Shown piece after piece: positions 38,690 to 51,032 of a DNA stretch of 64,000 nucleotides (the first letter of the stretch is position 1; each line of letters begins with the position of its first letter). Origin of the DNA: Acanthaster planci (taxonomy: Eukaryota); contig NW_019091360.1 in assembly GCF_001949145.1 (NCBI RefSeq), forward strand, positions 320,502-384,501, in the 5' to 3' direction. Under the pieces are notes generated by a model, which was not told the origin of the DNA, did no database searches, and saw nothing but the letters and a program-made list of their open reading frames with translations. Made by a program: the position numbers and the translations under genes.

Positions 38690-40315
38690 GTATCTGCCAG
38701 GTTTTATACCTTTCACCCACAGAAAATAATCTTCAAGTCTGGCTGCATCAAAGATGTACATATAATGTGTTTGTTGGGAACGTCATATTTGACAGATTTT
38801 TCATGACATTCGAGAATTTTGACAGAAAATACACGACGTTTAAGAATGCCAAAAACGATGTCACATGTAGTGCTTGAAAATTCCATGAGCTATGTTCATT
38901 TTACCACTTATTTTGGAGATATCCCCGCTAAAAATTAAATTAAAATTAACAACTCTGAGCATAAAATTTTCATCATTAATCGTATTTTATGTCTTGGACG
39001 TCATTTTTTTGTGTCCAGCATTCAGTATGATAGATTTTCTTTTAAGAGACCTTGGTATGAAGAGAAAAATCATGGAGCATCACAATTCCGTGGAGGGGCT
39101 CATGAATATCGAATGAAAAAGAGGGCGCACTATCTGGGTTGATGTCAAAGGTCAAACAGCCAGTGTTGTAGTCGAGTACTTTTTTCCGAGTATCAAGTAC
39201 TGCCGAGAACTTTGACTGCCGAGTACAAAGACAGAGCGAGCACTTTGCCAGCCAAGTATAAGTACTGGTTTCCGAGTACAAGTACTTGCACTTCCGAGTA
39301 CGAGTACAAGTACTTCTAATTCCGAGTACAAGTACAAGTACTTCTAATTAGTTTTAAAGTAGTTTTATCTTAATTTAGAGACGCTAAGACCGGCCACTGT
39401 GTAAAAGAAAGACCAAATACAGATGACATGGCTACAAGAACAAGTGATCTGGCTAGCAATGTCACAGTCACTACACTGCGTTGCAGCAGTTGACACAATG
39501 TGCATGGCGCGGCGAAGTCTATTTTCCAGACTCAATTGTTCACATGCCTGTGATTTTCTGTATGCTGGGTGCGTTGTTAGAATTTTTGACTCCAGGAACC
39601 AGACTGCCAATGCCCAAGTAAATCACGGGACCATTCTGGAGTACCACAATATAATTTGCGTACGTGACTGGTTAAGTACGCGCACAGACGGCGAATGGGT
39701 CGTATATGTTAATGGTCCCACGTTCGGCCTTCACTTTGTCAGAACCGTATCGAATATCGGGTCATTGGAGTCGATATTTTTGTACCTTATTTTAATAGCC
39801 GTGGTAAGTTAACTTAAAGGATTTTTTTTATCGAGTGCGAGTACTTTGATGCTCGAGTACAATTTTTAGATGTCGAGTTCCAAGTATTTTGCAGCTCGAG
39901 TACAAGAACTGTAGTTCGAGTACGAGTACTTGGACGTCCGAGTACAAGTACGAGTATAGGATTTCATGATTATGGTTTTAATATGTGTAAATATTATCAT
40001 CTTTCACCACATATAAATCTGTGTAAAATAACTGCAGGAATTATTCCTTCCCAGTAACTTTTATTTGGCTAGGATTTCAACAGGTTGTCACATCCATCAA
40101 CAATGCTGACGTCCGAGACTTTAATTAATCAACTCCGATTAAGTTAAGAGATACATGTAGGCACTGTCATCATTGTTCCAGATATCAGCCATGACTTCCC
40201 TCATTTCATCAGACATTAGGAATTAATTCACTGCTGTTCACTTCAGAAAAAATGAACCCTCAAAGTTGAACATTGTCTAATGATCCATATTTTGAGGAAC
40301 CTGCCGTTACACAAG
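38690..40315. repeat. Second copy of the ~15230-16315 repeat, interrupted at 39161
   Basis: Colinear similarity on both sides of the inserted element. Confidence 0.75.
39161..39956. mobile_element. hAT-like non-autonomous element, one end lost
   Basis: Starts CAGTGTTGTAGTCGAGTAC; dense CGAGTAC/CAAGTAC arrays at both ends; right terminus and TSD not recognisable. Confidence 0.55.
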
Positions 40316-40864
40316 TAAAAAAGCTTACAGAGTTCCAGTTTGGTTAAGTATCAGTTTGCCCATGCTTGCCCCATAAGAATCTGGCAATGAAACAGCTGAA
40401 ATGGAATAAAGTAGCTGAAACAGGTTTTGAAGGTTTTAAAAAGGATTGTATAGGTACCAAGGATAAGGGTTGTATAGGTATACGATCCCCTAATAGTCTC
40501 CAGTAGCTATATACATAATACCTCTGGTATTCAAATAGTGGACACTGAACAAATCTTGGAAAATTCAGCATTAGCATTGAGGAGTTAGAAGATGTTCTGT
40601 ATAATTTGTCTTATGAACATTATGTGCGGGGCTGCATACCCACGGGTAATAGTAGTTTATTCTACTTTTTCAGTCCCTGACCCACATAACTGTTATTTGT
40701 CTTGTTACATGTATATATTCCGATTTTCTTCTCCGGTCCCTGCTACTGCTTATATTTACTTACAAGTGTGTTTTGTAGTTTTTTGTACACTTTTTGTTCA
40801 ATTTTGCTTTGTCTGTCCTTGTGATGGTCAAATAAACAATAATAATAATGATGTTCTGCCACAT

Positions 40865-42155
40865 GGGGTCTGGACAATTCGAGGGTTCGCCAACTCGACT
40901 TTGGACAAATCGACCGTTGAGACAAGTCATCGGTTGGGACACTGTCCGCTCAGCCCAATCATCTGCTGAGGCCATGGTGTGAATAATGCCTTAATAATGG
41001 GATGGAATTTCACGTAGTAGATAGACAGGCCTAATTTCTGAGTTATTATAAAAATGGTTGCCGCAGTAAGCCAATCTTTGCACGATCAACGGATCTTGCA
41101 CCCTCGCTGACCCTGCCATGTACATATACATAGTTTTGGATTGCTTGAAAAATAACCTACCTCCTTTGTGTTGTCCTTCAGTTCTACATTCTCAGATTCT
41201 GGTTAAAAGGTGAATGTTAGCTTTCTGTTGAACAAAACTTGTTCTCGGAAAATTTCTAGAAAAGAAATTTTGGCCAGACTTCTGATTCGCACTTCGACAT
41301 TTGTGAACAGTTTGTTAAAAATCATGGTAGTGGACAAAAATTGACAAAGAGTTGCAGGGTGATATGTCATTCACTACGAGTGATCCCAAATACTTTCTTA
41401 TACTCAGCAATAATAAGCCTTTGCATCTAATGTCTGTTTACTCAAAATGACTTTCAGAGTTGAATTTTATTAAAACTGGCCGAAAACCATTTTGTTTCCT
41501 AGTTTTGGATCACGCATTAAGTGCGTGCATGCAATATGTACGTTGTGAACTCATCTTACTTTACGGACATTGCAGAAATTTACATGACATAATGAGTTTG
41601 CCAACTGTGCGGCACGAGGTAGTATCGTTGATGGCTCGCGCTGTGCAGGTGAAAAAGTTTACTCAAGATTCACTTTTTAAAATATTCATTAGAATTCTTA
41701 TTTTCGAACTGATTTTCTCTAAATTAAGAAATTTTTCATTAGAAAATAAACTTTTTACAATGGTTCTGGCTGAAAATGGATTTGCCGCCCGCGTGGTTAC
41801 TTTCCGAAAAGTGTTGCCACTTTCGTCGATCCTGTATATCCGAATCAAAAGTTTAAAATTTGAAATTCATTTAGTAGCATCTCTAGCACACAAGGTGGAT
41901 GGTGACAGGTCATATTTCACTGGAATTTGAGAATTTTTTGTAGCTGCAATCTGACTGAATAATTTTTGCAATCTGGAACTGGGAAAACAACTGTATTACG
42001 TGTAGAGTTCTCACTGGTCGAGCTGTTTCTGTGTCAAAGTCAATTTGTCCTAACGGACGACTTGACAAACGGTCGAGTTGTCTCAACGGTCAAGTAGTCT
42101 CAACAGTTGAGCTGTCCGAAGTGGGGTTGGCAAACAGTCGAGTTGTCTGGACCCC
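40865..42155. mobile_element. Unclassified element bounded by long degenerate inverted repeats
   Basis: GGGGTCTGGACAATTCGA..CGACCGTTGAGACAA (from 40865) mirrors TTGTCTCAACGGTC..TCGAGTTGTCTGGACCCC (to 42155). Confidence 0.5.
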
Positions 42156-42419
42156 AAGTTGGTTCGCCGGCGGGTCTGAGTTGACTCCAAACCGAGTTGA
42201 TCAGGGACGACATGTACAAGCTGACCCAAAATTGGATAGGCCTAGAACGGTTTGCAGACTCGGGCCTAAATTTCACTGGACATGCTGGAGCAGACAATGT
42301 AGAGCAGGTAATTTTTTTCAGAAGTTAGGCCTACCTTCAGTTTGATCCAGACAGATTTTTTCTTTCAGTTTTACTGGTTTCGTCCACATTGAATTCTCAA
42401 AGTCAAGGTTTCATCTCAC

Positions 42420-42640
42420 CTAAGCCCACAGCTTACAAATTATCACCGTCAACGGTCCACACGCACACATGTCACGTCTGCATTAAAAGGCGCCGGCGAC
42501 GGACATCTTGTTTGGGCAGTGTTGCTAGGGTATGATTAAACTGGTTTCCTGTCCCGGGTACCGGTAGCGATTTTTCCCCCCCGTACCACCACATTTTTCG
42601 CTATTGGCCCAGAAAACAAAACGCACTCTGATTGGATTAT
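42420..42640 (-). promoter_or_regulatory. Candidate promoter / first non-coding exon of a minus-strand host gene (possibly CFAP65)
   Basis: Donor CTTAG|GTGAGA at 42420; CpG-rich patch; X-box-like GTTGCTAGGGTATG (42521-42534); two ATTGG (CCAAT) boxes near 42603 and 42631. Confidence 0.3.
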
Positions 42641-44165
42641 TGACAAGAATATAATATAAAACCAGTGCTCATACGTAGGCTAATTGCCGACCTTTCGGTG
42701 ACTGAGTACCTTCTTTCTTCAGAGCAAAGCAGATTCAGTGCAGTAGGTATAGGGGGTTTGCGGATACACCTTGTGGAAATTAGATTCAGTTCTGAATGAA
42801 CGCAGAAAAATTTCCACGTTCATGCCCTCTGATTGGTTCATGAAACCATGTGATATGATTGGACCGTTGTCATGCATTACAGAGCGTCAAAAGTGGACAA
42901 CCTCATTTTCTCATATTCTGTTCGGGATTTTTTACTTTGCCTATAGCATTTTTAAAAAAACGCAATTTCCGCTAGGAGAAATTTGGATTTTACTTTAACA
43001 ACTCTTCGTCGCGCGTCAAAAGTGGACAACTAAAAACTTCAAATTCCCACTGGCAAAATTACTGTCATGCTCCAAAAGTGGACCACCCCGTTTTCAAACG
43101 CTAAAAGCGTCGTATTGGGATCCCGTTATGGGCTGTAGTGAACATGTGATACGGGAAAGAAAAAGCATACAGGTTTCCCAAGGGTGCACCCTCGCAAGAA
43201 GGCCCTAAATATGTCCACCGAGCTCATTACTAAAAGTTATACACTGAAAAAATACTCTATATTAGAGAGTCCTGAGAGCCATGAAATTGGGGAATTGGAG
43301 AAATATGGCACTGAACCCCTTCAAATTCAGAGCAATTTGGATGCGGTCAGGTCCAAAAATGGCACTATTTTGCCGTTTTGCAGAGGGCGATGGTTTTTCA
43401 AAATGGCTACTTTTCTGGGCAGGAAATTTTCTTCATTCTAGGGGTGGTCTGCCTTTGGTGAAAATTTCTCAAAATTCATTGGTCAAGCCCCCGAAAATTG
43501 AAAGGAAAATGAAAGGGGACATGTCGATCATCGTATTTCTGTGAAGCCTGGACACCTGTGAGAGTTGTATTTTTAATAATTGCGAAGTGTGGGGATTTAT
43601 CATTGCTGTCTATGGGAATTCATTTGTAGTGGTGCACCCCCCAAGACCTTTCCAAGAGCGATGAACGAAAGGGCGCCCTCTATTTTGTTCAAGATTATGC
43701 ATTGCTGGGACGCGTTTTGCGTAAGGGGGGGGGCTTACAGTTGCACTACACCAAATACGTGCCCATAGAAAACAGAGCAAAATCAAACTGAAATCGCGCC
43801 GCCTGTTGACTCTCGTGAAGAGGTTGGCCTCCGTTTTTTGTTTTTGTTGATGTTGTTGTTTTTTACTGGAAATTCAAGATTATGGCCAGAAGAACACTTT
43901 TCGTTTCATTTTCGTGGGGGTTAGCCACGTTTTTTTTTATTCGCCTTTCAACGAAGATACTCCCAAAATAGTAGTAAAACTAAGCGCTCATTTCTGAATG
44001 TAGCCGCCTGCCTCTATCCAAAATAGGCCCGCAATTTGGGGCTTTTTGTGAAAGAAATACCCAGAACTGGAAACTCGGGAAAATCGGGATTTATAAAAAT
44101 ATTTCTGTGATCCCTCCTGGTTATGGCCTGTCTTATTGTAAAAAAATCCTGTGGGATCACAAAGT

Positions 44166-44430
44166 ATTATGTGTAACAATCCAGTAGCTTGTACTGATTG
44201 TATTTCACAATCAGTTATTTGTTACCAGTGAGGAAACTCGATGAGAAATTATCTGTAACAATCCGGTAGCTTTATTGTATTTCACAATCAGTAATTTGTT
44301 ACTGGTGAGGAAAATCAATGAGAAATTATGTGTAACAATCCTGCAGCTTTATAGTATGTACAATTAGTCATTTGTTACTGATCAAAGAAATCAATATGAA
44401 ATTATATGTAACATTCTTATTTGTTACTGG
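44166..44430. repeat. Minisatellite, ~77-82-bp unit x ~3.4
   Basis: ATTAT.TGTAACAATCC..TAGCTT..ATTTGTTAC..GTGAGGAAA..ATGAGAA repeated. Confidence 0.85.
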
Positions 44431-44999
44431 TTGTCTGTCCTATGGTTTCATCATTTTTTTAAAGTGTTATCTAAGTTAAAAGTTTATCTTGTTAATGAAT
44501 TTGGAAAATTATGTTACTTCATTTGTTTCTTTGAGATTTCTTGTGGGAGAGGCTGTGAAAGGTCAGCCTTTTTATTTAGGCCTGTGGGTTACAGTCAGAT
44601 CTTTTCATGAACCAAATCTTTTAATGCGTGTCGATTCCAATATACAGAATTTTTATACAATCAAATTCTCGGTAATATTTTATATCACAACTCGTCAAGA
44701 TCCATTAATTAAGGTATACTGCCATTATCCTAGTGATGTAAATCTTACTCTGGTGACGAATGTATCACTGGCTAGAGAAGTGTGTGGAAAAGGTACTGAT
44801 TTAAATTGAAATCAAAACTTTGGTCTATATTATGATGGCTGTCATCAGTTGCCTTTCGTCAGAAAGTGTCCATACATTTTTTCTGAGGTTTCCGTAAGAT
44901 GGTTTCTTGTTCGTGAATACTAAGTAGCATACCAAGTGAATTGATTTTCGGTAAAAGAATTGATTCATTCAGACAACTGGGCAATGGCTGCATTAGTTT

Positions 45000-45286
45000 A
45001 GTAGTAGGGATAGGAGAGTTCTGGACCACACGCCCTTTTAACCCCCTTTTACCCACCACACTCACCGGGGATTCCCACTCACCTTTTGACCCAGGCGCAC
45101 TTTTCCTGTAAACAACTCGTGACTCGACGCTAACCCCCTTTCACCCACACGCGCTGGGGATTTCCACTTCACTGACCTTGACCTTTTGACCCCGGCTCAC
45201 GTTTTTGTAAACAACTCGTGACTAGCACCGATCGCACCACTGCAATTACTCACAAACAAAAAAGGGACTTCCCGTCGACCGGAACT
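45000..45286. repeat. Left TIR of copy B, with an internal ~90-bp tandem duplication
   Basis: Matches the reverse complement of 61224-61583 on both sides of the N gap. Confidence 0.92.
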
Positions 45287-45452
45287 GTGACCTCAACTTA
45301 AAGCATGACTCTGTTCAAAGCAAAACACGCTATGTTTACAACCGCCTTAAATAAATGGCCCATATATAAAAATAACAATATAAAAAAACATGTCAAGTCA
45401 AGTCGTCAGACAAAATGATAAAAATTTTAGAGACCTACATATAAATAGAGAC

Positions 45453-48400
45453 ATGAGCAACCCACAACACCGACCTCTACTAACGAACTTTAATCGATTT
45501 AAGAAGGCGTTTTTAGAAGATTTTGTCAAGCGATATAATATTCCATTACCGGCACCAAAAACAACCAAAACCCGTAAATCTCAGACTAAACCTGAGCTCA
45601 TTGAAGCCATACGGGCAGATCAAAAACAATTTAGGTACCTCCCGCGTCAGTCATATCGGCAGCTGTTGAAAACGGTTCAAAAATATGATAATATTCCTTT
45701 TGCAAACAAAGACAGATATGTCAAACAGGACTTTATTGAAGCGATTTAAGCTTACACTCGGCCCAAGGAAATTGCGGAAGTCGACATTAGAAACGTCAGG
45801 CGCTTTCAGGGTAATTTTCGCAATTTGGAATTGGTACATCCGAGTCGTTTCTTTGAATACGATTTGATACAATTTTTTGATTTTAACAAAACTTTCATCG
45901 AGAAAAACGCTTTGGAAGAACTAAAAGAAATTGGTTCGTACAAATTGCAAACGAATATCAAAGTTCAGTTTAGATTGGAAAAACCCGAAAAAAATGAATT
46001 TGGCGTATTCCCCTTTCCGAGCGACAACGATGCAGTCGCAAATAAAACCGACGTTAAAAATGCACTCACTGACCAGAGGGAAAAACAAATAAAAGAGGTG
46101 GAGGCTCATACACAAAAAGGCTCGGGTTGGATCTTTGACAAAGTCGTCGCTTTCTACATCAACGTGGTTAAATATAATCCAGTGGGTTCTTCTTACATTC
46201 AGTTGCCTAAGGAACTGTTAGACAAAAAAGCAATCATAAATGTCGAAAATAAAGATCAAGAATGTATCCGATGGGCATTGCGGGCAGCTTTAAAATTATA
46301 TTCTGACAACGTCAAAAGCAAAATTGAAGTTAATCCAAAATATAAAATACATGACGAGCGAACATCGACTTACAGGTCAGAATCAGATGGTTTAAATTTT
46401 ACAAACATAAGCTTTCCAACACCGGTTTCACAAATCCCACGTATCGAATCGCAAAATAACTTGGCGCTCAATGTGTTTGGTTACATCAAAAAAGACGGTC
46501 TTTACATTCTTTACAAAAGCAAGCGTCCAGAAGAACCGATCAATTTACTTTATTTTACCCGAGATGACGAAAATAACTATTGTTGGATTAAAAACTTTTC
46601 TCGGTTGACGAGTGATATCGATCATCACAACGGCCAAAAACACTGGTGTTTTAATTGCATGTCGCATTTCCAAACGGAAGGAAAGTTAATCAGACACAAA
46701 GAAGATTGTCAAGGCTTAAACGTTCCCACATGTACGGTCGAGTTGCCGGCCAAAGGCGAGAATGTACTCAAGTTCAAAAATTACAAAAATAAACAAGACG
46801 CGCCTTTTGTTATTTACGCCGATTTTGAGTCTGTTTTAGAAAAATTACCACTGACAGCGAGCGATACAAACACGGTCAAAACACAGATTCACAAGCCTTG
46901 CGGATACTCATACGCGGTCGTCAGATGCGATGGAGTTTGCACTAGCCAAAAGAATTACAGGGGTCAAGACGCGGCTGTTAATTTTATACGGTCACTTTCT
47001 CAGGAAACAAAGAAGATCAACGAAACGTTTAAAAACAAAGCGAAGTTGATCTGGTCACCCGAGTTACAAAAATTCTACGAAAAATGTAATAGCTGTTGGA
47101 TCTGCGAAAAGTTGACAGATCGAGCGAAAGCGAACGAGCGAAGCGAGCGGAGCAACGAGCGTAGCGAGCATCACCGAGCGGAAGAATCTCAATGCCAGTG
47201 TGACATTCCAAATGAACCAAAAACAAAAGCTGACAAAATTGATTTCTGTCATAAAAATGAAGCTGGGTTAAGAGAATGGGTATGTTTAGATTGCAAAAAG
47301 CCCATCAATAATTTTAGAAAGGTTAGGGATCATTGTCACGTGACGGGGAAGTACCGAGGCCCAGCGCACGCCAGTTGTAATCTCAAGTTAAGAATAGTGG
47401 TCAATCAAACACCCATTCCGGTGATTTTACATAATTTAGAAAAATATGACGCACATTTAATCATGCAAGGCGCTCACAAATTTTACGGGAAATCAATCAA
47501 GTTGATCGCTAAAAATACTGAAAATTACATTTCGTTTTCTTTCGGCCAACTCAGGTTTTTAGACCCATTTCATTTCATGGCGGCTTCGCTAGATCGGTTG
47601 GTTAAAAATTGTTCACCCGATGATTTTAACTTATTATGCGAAAGGTTTCCAAATAACAGTCATTTACTCTTGGACAAAGGAATTTATCCCAATGAGTATA
47701 TCGATTCCTTTGATCGATTTCAAGAAACAAAACTCCCGCCAGTAGATGCTTTCTATAGCTCTTTAAAGCAGGGAGGAACAACCGAACAAGAATACGCTCG
47801 TTCGGAAACAGTATGACAAGCCTTTGGTTGTAAAAACTTAGGCGACTACCATGACCTATACGTGGAAACGGACGTGTTATTGCTAGCGGCTGTTTTTGAA
47901 AACTTTCGGAAGGTATGTAAACAACACTACAGCCTTGACCCAGCCAACTATTACACATCACCGGGTCTGTCGTGGGATGCACTCTTAAAACATTCGGGGT
48001 ACAGCTGGAACTATTAACCGACATTGATAAGCATTTGTTCTTCGAAAGGGCAAAAAGGGGTGGAATTTCTTCTGTAGGAGCCGAACGATATGCAAAGGCC
48101 AATAATCCAGAACTACCTGACTACAACCCGAATAAGCCAGAGTCACAGATCATGTACCTAGACGCAAATAATTTATACGGCTGGGCGATGAGCAAATATC
48201 TGCCTGTAGGGGAATTTACCTGGGAAACAGACTTAGAATAATTTACATACTATTACATCCAAGAGTTGCGACTAACTGACGACTATGGTTACATGTTTGA
48301 GATTACTATGGATTACCCGGAACGTCACCATGACAAACACAATGACTTTCCACTTGCACCCGAAAATATGTCGGTCCCGAATGAATGGCTTTCGAGCTAT

Positions 48401-49452
48401 CAACAAAATTTAATTAGCAACGGAGTAGCGAGCGAAGCGACCTCGGTAGACAAACTCGTGGTCACTTTGGACACCAAACGAAAATATGTGTGCCATTATC
48501 GTACATTGCAAAAATATCTCAAACTCGGGTTGTGGATCAAAGAAGTTCACCGAGTATTGAAATTCCGTCAAAAGCCGTGGATGAAAAGCTATATTGACAA
48601 AAACACAAAATTGCGCAAATTGGCCAAATCTGATTTTGAGAAAGACTTTTTCAAATTGATGAATAACTCAGTCTTTGGCAAGACGATGGAAAATGTCAGA
48701 TATCGAATTGACGGTCATTTACTGAGAGACGTACAGGATCCGATAAGTACAGAAAATTAACTTATAAACCAAATTACAAATCGACGGTACCATTTGAGGA
48801 GTGCGAGCTTTCGTTTGTGGAGATGTACCGAACCAAAACAAAATTAAATAAGCCAATCTATTGCGGTGTAAGTATTCTCGATATCTCAAAAACATTGATG
48901 TACGATTTCTACTACAACGAGCTAAAAGCCAATTTTGGTGAGGGGGTACGCTTACTTTACACGGACACTGATTCTCTATTAGACCAGATCGAGCGAAGCT
49001 CACACGGTTTAAACGGCTACCTAAACGAAAAGCGCAATTTGTTTGACTTTAGTAATTACCCACCCGATCATCAACTTTACAGCACCAAAAATAAAAAAGT
49101 CATAGGCAAAATGAAAGACGAATTTGGTGGCGAAACAATTTTAGAAGCCGTTTGCATCAGACCAAAAATGTATTCGGTTCTGACGGTCGATCAAAATTTA
49201 AAGAAGGCGAAAGGGGTCACAAAAGTAGTAACCGAGAAACGGTTAACCAACGAGATGTATAAAAGCTGCCTATTTGACCGGGTTTCTTATTTCAATAAAC
49301 AGCCATTATTTAGATCGGACAAACATCGGGTGTTTACTCTGTCCCAAAACAAACTAATCCTCTCGCCGTTGGACACAAAGCACTACATATTGCCGAATGG
49401 AATCGATACGTTAGCTTACGGGCATAAGCGAATCGAAGCGAACCCAAGCTAA
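45453..49452 (+). pseudogene. Protein-primed family B DNA polymerase (pPolB) with EndoVII/HNH-like insert, copy B
   Basis: VIYADFES, VRDHCHVTGKYRGPAHASCN, HNLEKYD, KGIYP, YLDANNLYG, KLMNNSVFGK, YTDTDS, KKAKGV; stops at 45747, 47814 and 48239 plus several frameshifts. Confidence 0.96.
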
Positions 49453-49476
49453 TCAACAACGAAGCTACTCCCGTTA

Positions 49477-50330
49477 TTACTCAGGTAATTCGGTATCTTC
49501 GGGTACGACCTGAAGTTCCTCTTTGACGAAACTCCTATTTGGGCCGTTTAATAGATAATACAAAGTCTGGAGGTAGTTCTCTTTGACGCTCGCTTCGCTC
49601 GCTCACAGGTGCACTGGGTGTTTGGCTCGCTACGCTCGCTAATTTTATAGCTTCTGCAGGAACGGCATCGATTAAACGCGTTTTTTCCTCGTTTAACGAT
49701 TTCACGACCTGGGGCAAACGTTCTACCCATTCAACGTTTCGCTCACCCACGTTTATCATTTCTTGAGCGTATTGATGGCCGAATAAACGCTCGGCTAAAG
49801 TGCAGTTAAACCTTTCCACGAGTCCTTGAGATCTGTGAACACCCGGCACACCCACTTGAATTTGTACTTTATTTTTTGCCATTAACTTTTTAAACTCGCC
49901 TTTGAATTCAGATCCCGAGTCTACTATTCCGAATTTGGGCCAGGTCAGAGCTGATCGTTCGTAAATTTTCTTGGTCGCTTCGCTCACTTGCTCAGCGGTT
50001 TTACTGGTCAACGGCTCGGCTTTTTTATACCGGGAATCCACGTCTATCATGGTCGGTATTTAAACGTTTTTCTTTTAACGCGGTCCCAGGGTAAATAAAG
50101 TACGTCCATTTGATGCGCGTAATTAGGTTCGACCGATTCTGATTGCAACATTGTAGGTCTGGGTACGTAATTTGGTTTTGGTAAATATATTTGCCAAATG
50201 GCCTGCTTTTTTAGCCAGTTCCTGATAACTGATTTGTCAGCACCGGTATTTTGTGTAGATGATCGACCGCGCTTTCTCCTCGCCAGTAACCCTGTGGGCT
50301 GTAAAACAACTTGGAAAATTCTCTCTCCAT
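49477..50330 (-). pseudogene. Retroviral-like DDE integrase, copy B
   Basis: HQMDVLYL, IDVDSRYK, VDSGSEFKG, SQGLVERFN; frameshifts, and a C-terminal deletion relative to copy A. Confidence 0.92.
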
Positions 50331-50341
50331 TTTAAAATAAG

Positions 50342-50761
50342 TTACGCAAATCGATAAGCTAAGAAACCGACCAAGGCCGTCCCGGATATAATTCAAACAA
50401 ACTCGCGACTTTTTTGATCTTCGGAAGGCTCGTAAAAATCGGACAATTAAGGCTCTGGCGGTAATGGGGTAATACTCTTACCGGTCAATTTCGAATAAGC
50501 TAGTAGGGATTCGTCCACGTTTACAAATGTCTGCTGACTCGCGCGTTCTTGTCGCATTCGTTCGTTTAAAAAATCTAGCATGTGTACGCGGTATAGTTCC
50601 CAGGATTCCTTCGCTTGCGCCAATTGCTCCAACGCGAGGTCGTGTCGCTTTCGTTCTTCGTCGACTTTACTTTTTGATAAACTGCTAAATAAAAAATTTG
50701 AGTCCGTGAATGCCAAGCCGTTTACTATCGCTCCTTCCACCATCATCAAAGCACTAGCCAT
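50342..50761 (-). pseudogene. RHDLALEQ-family membrane protein, copy B (inverted relative to copy A)
   Basis: MASALMM..NFLFS..ERKRHDLALEQ..PEP*LSDFY..TALVGFLAYRFA. Confidence 0.8.
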
Positions 50762-50788
50762 TTTTAAAATAAGGTTGAAGTAAATTAA

Positions 50789-50996
50789 ATGAATAGCGAA
50801 GTTAAAGATCAATTGTCGGAGATTCAAGCAGACCTAAGCAACCTCGAGCAGATGTTGGGTGATATGTGTGCCGATATAGACCACATCGGTGATATGGTTT
50901 CAGAGACCCCGGCAAAGTGAAAAATACGAAGACCTGTTTTTTACGGTCGGTGTATCCTTAATCGCATTTTCTTTTCTTTTTAAAATATTTCAATAA
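50789..50996 (+). pseudogene. Small coiled-coil tail-anchored protein, copy B
   Basis: MNSEVKDQLSEIQADLSNLEQMLGDM, then a frameshifted LFFTVGVSLIAFSFLF tail. Confidence 0.65.
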
Positions 50997-51032
50997 GAAT
51001 AGTAAATAAGAATATTATATTATAAAAGTAAT

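Noticed and set aside
39161..39956. GAGTAC/AAGTAC arrays as a novel iteron system
   Set aside because: Explained as subterminal transposase-binding repeats of a hAT-like element.
43100..43800. Possible further non-autonomous DNA transposon
   Set aside because: Repeat-like composition, but I could not define convincing TIRs or a TSD.
44166..44430. CRISPR-like array
   Set aside because: Whole units are repeated with no unique spacers, there are no cas genes, and the context is eukaryotic.
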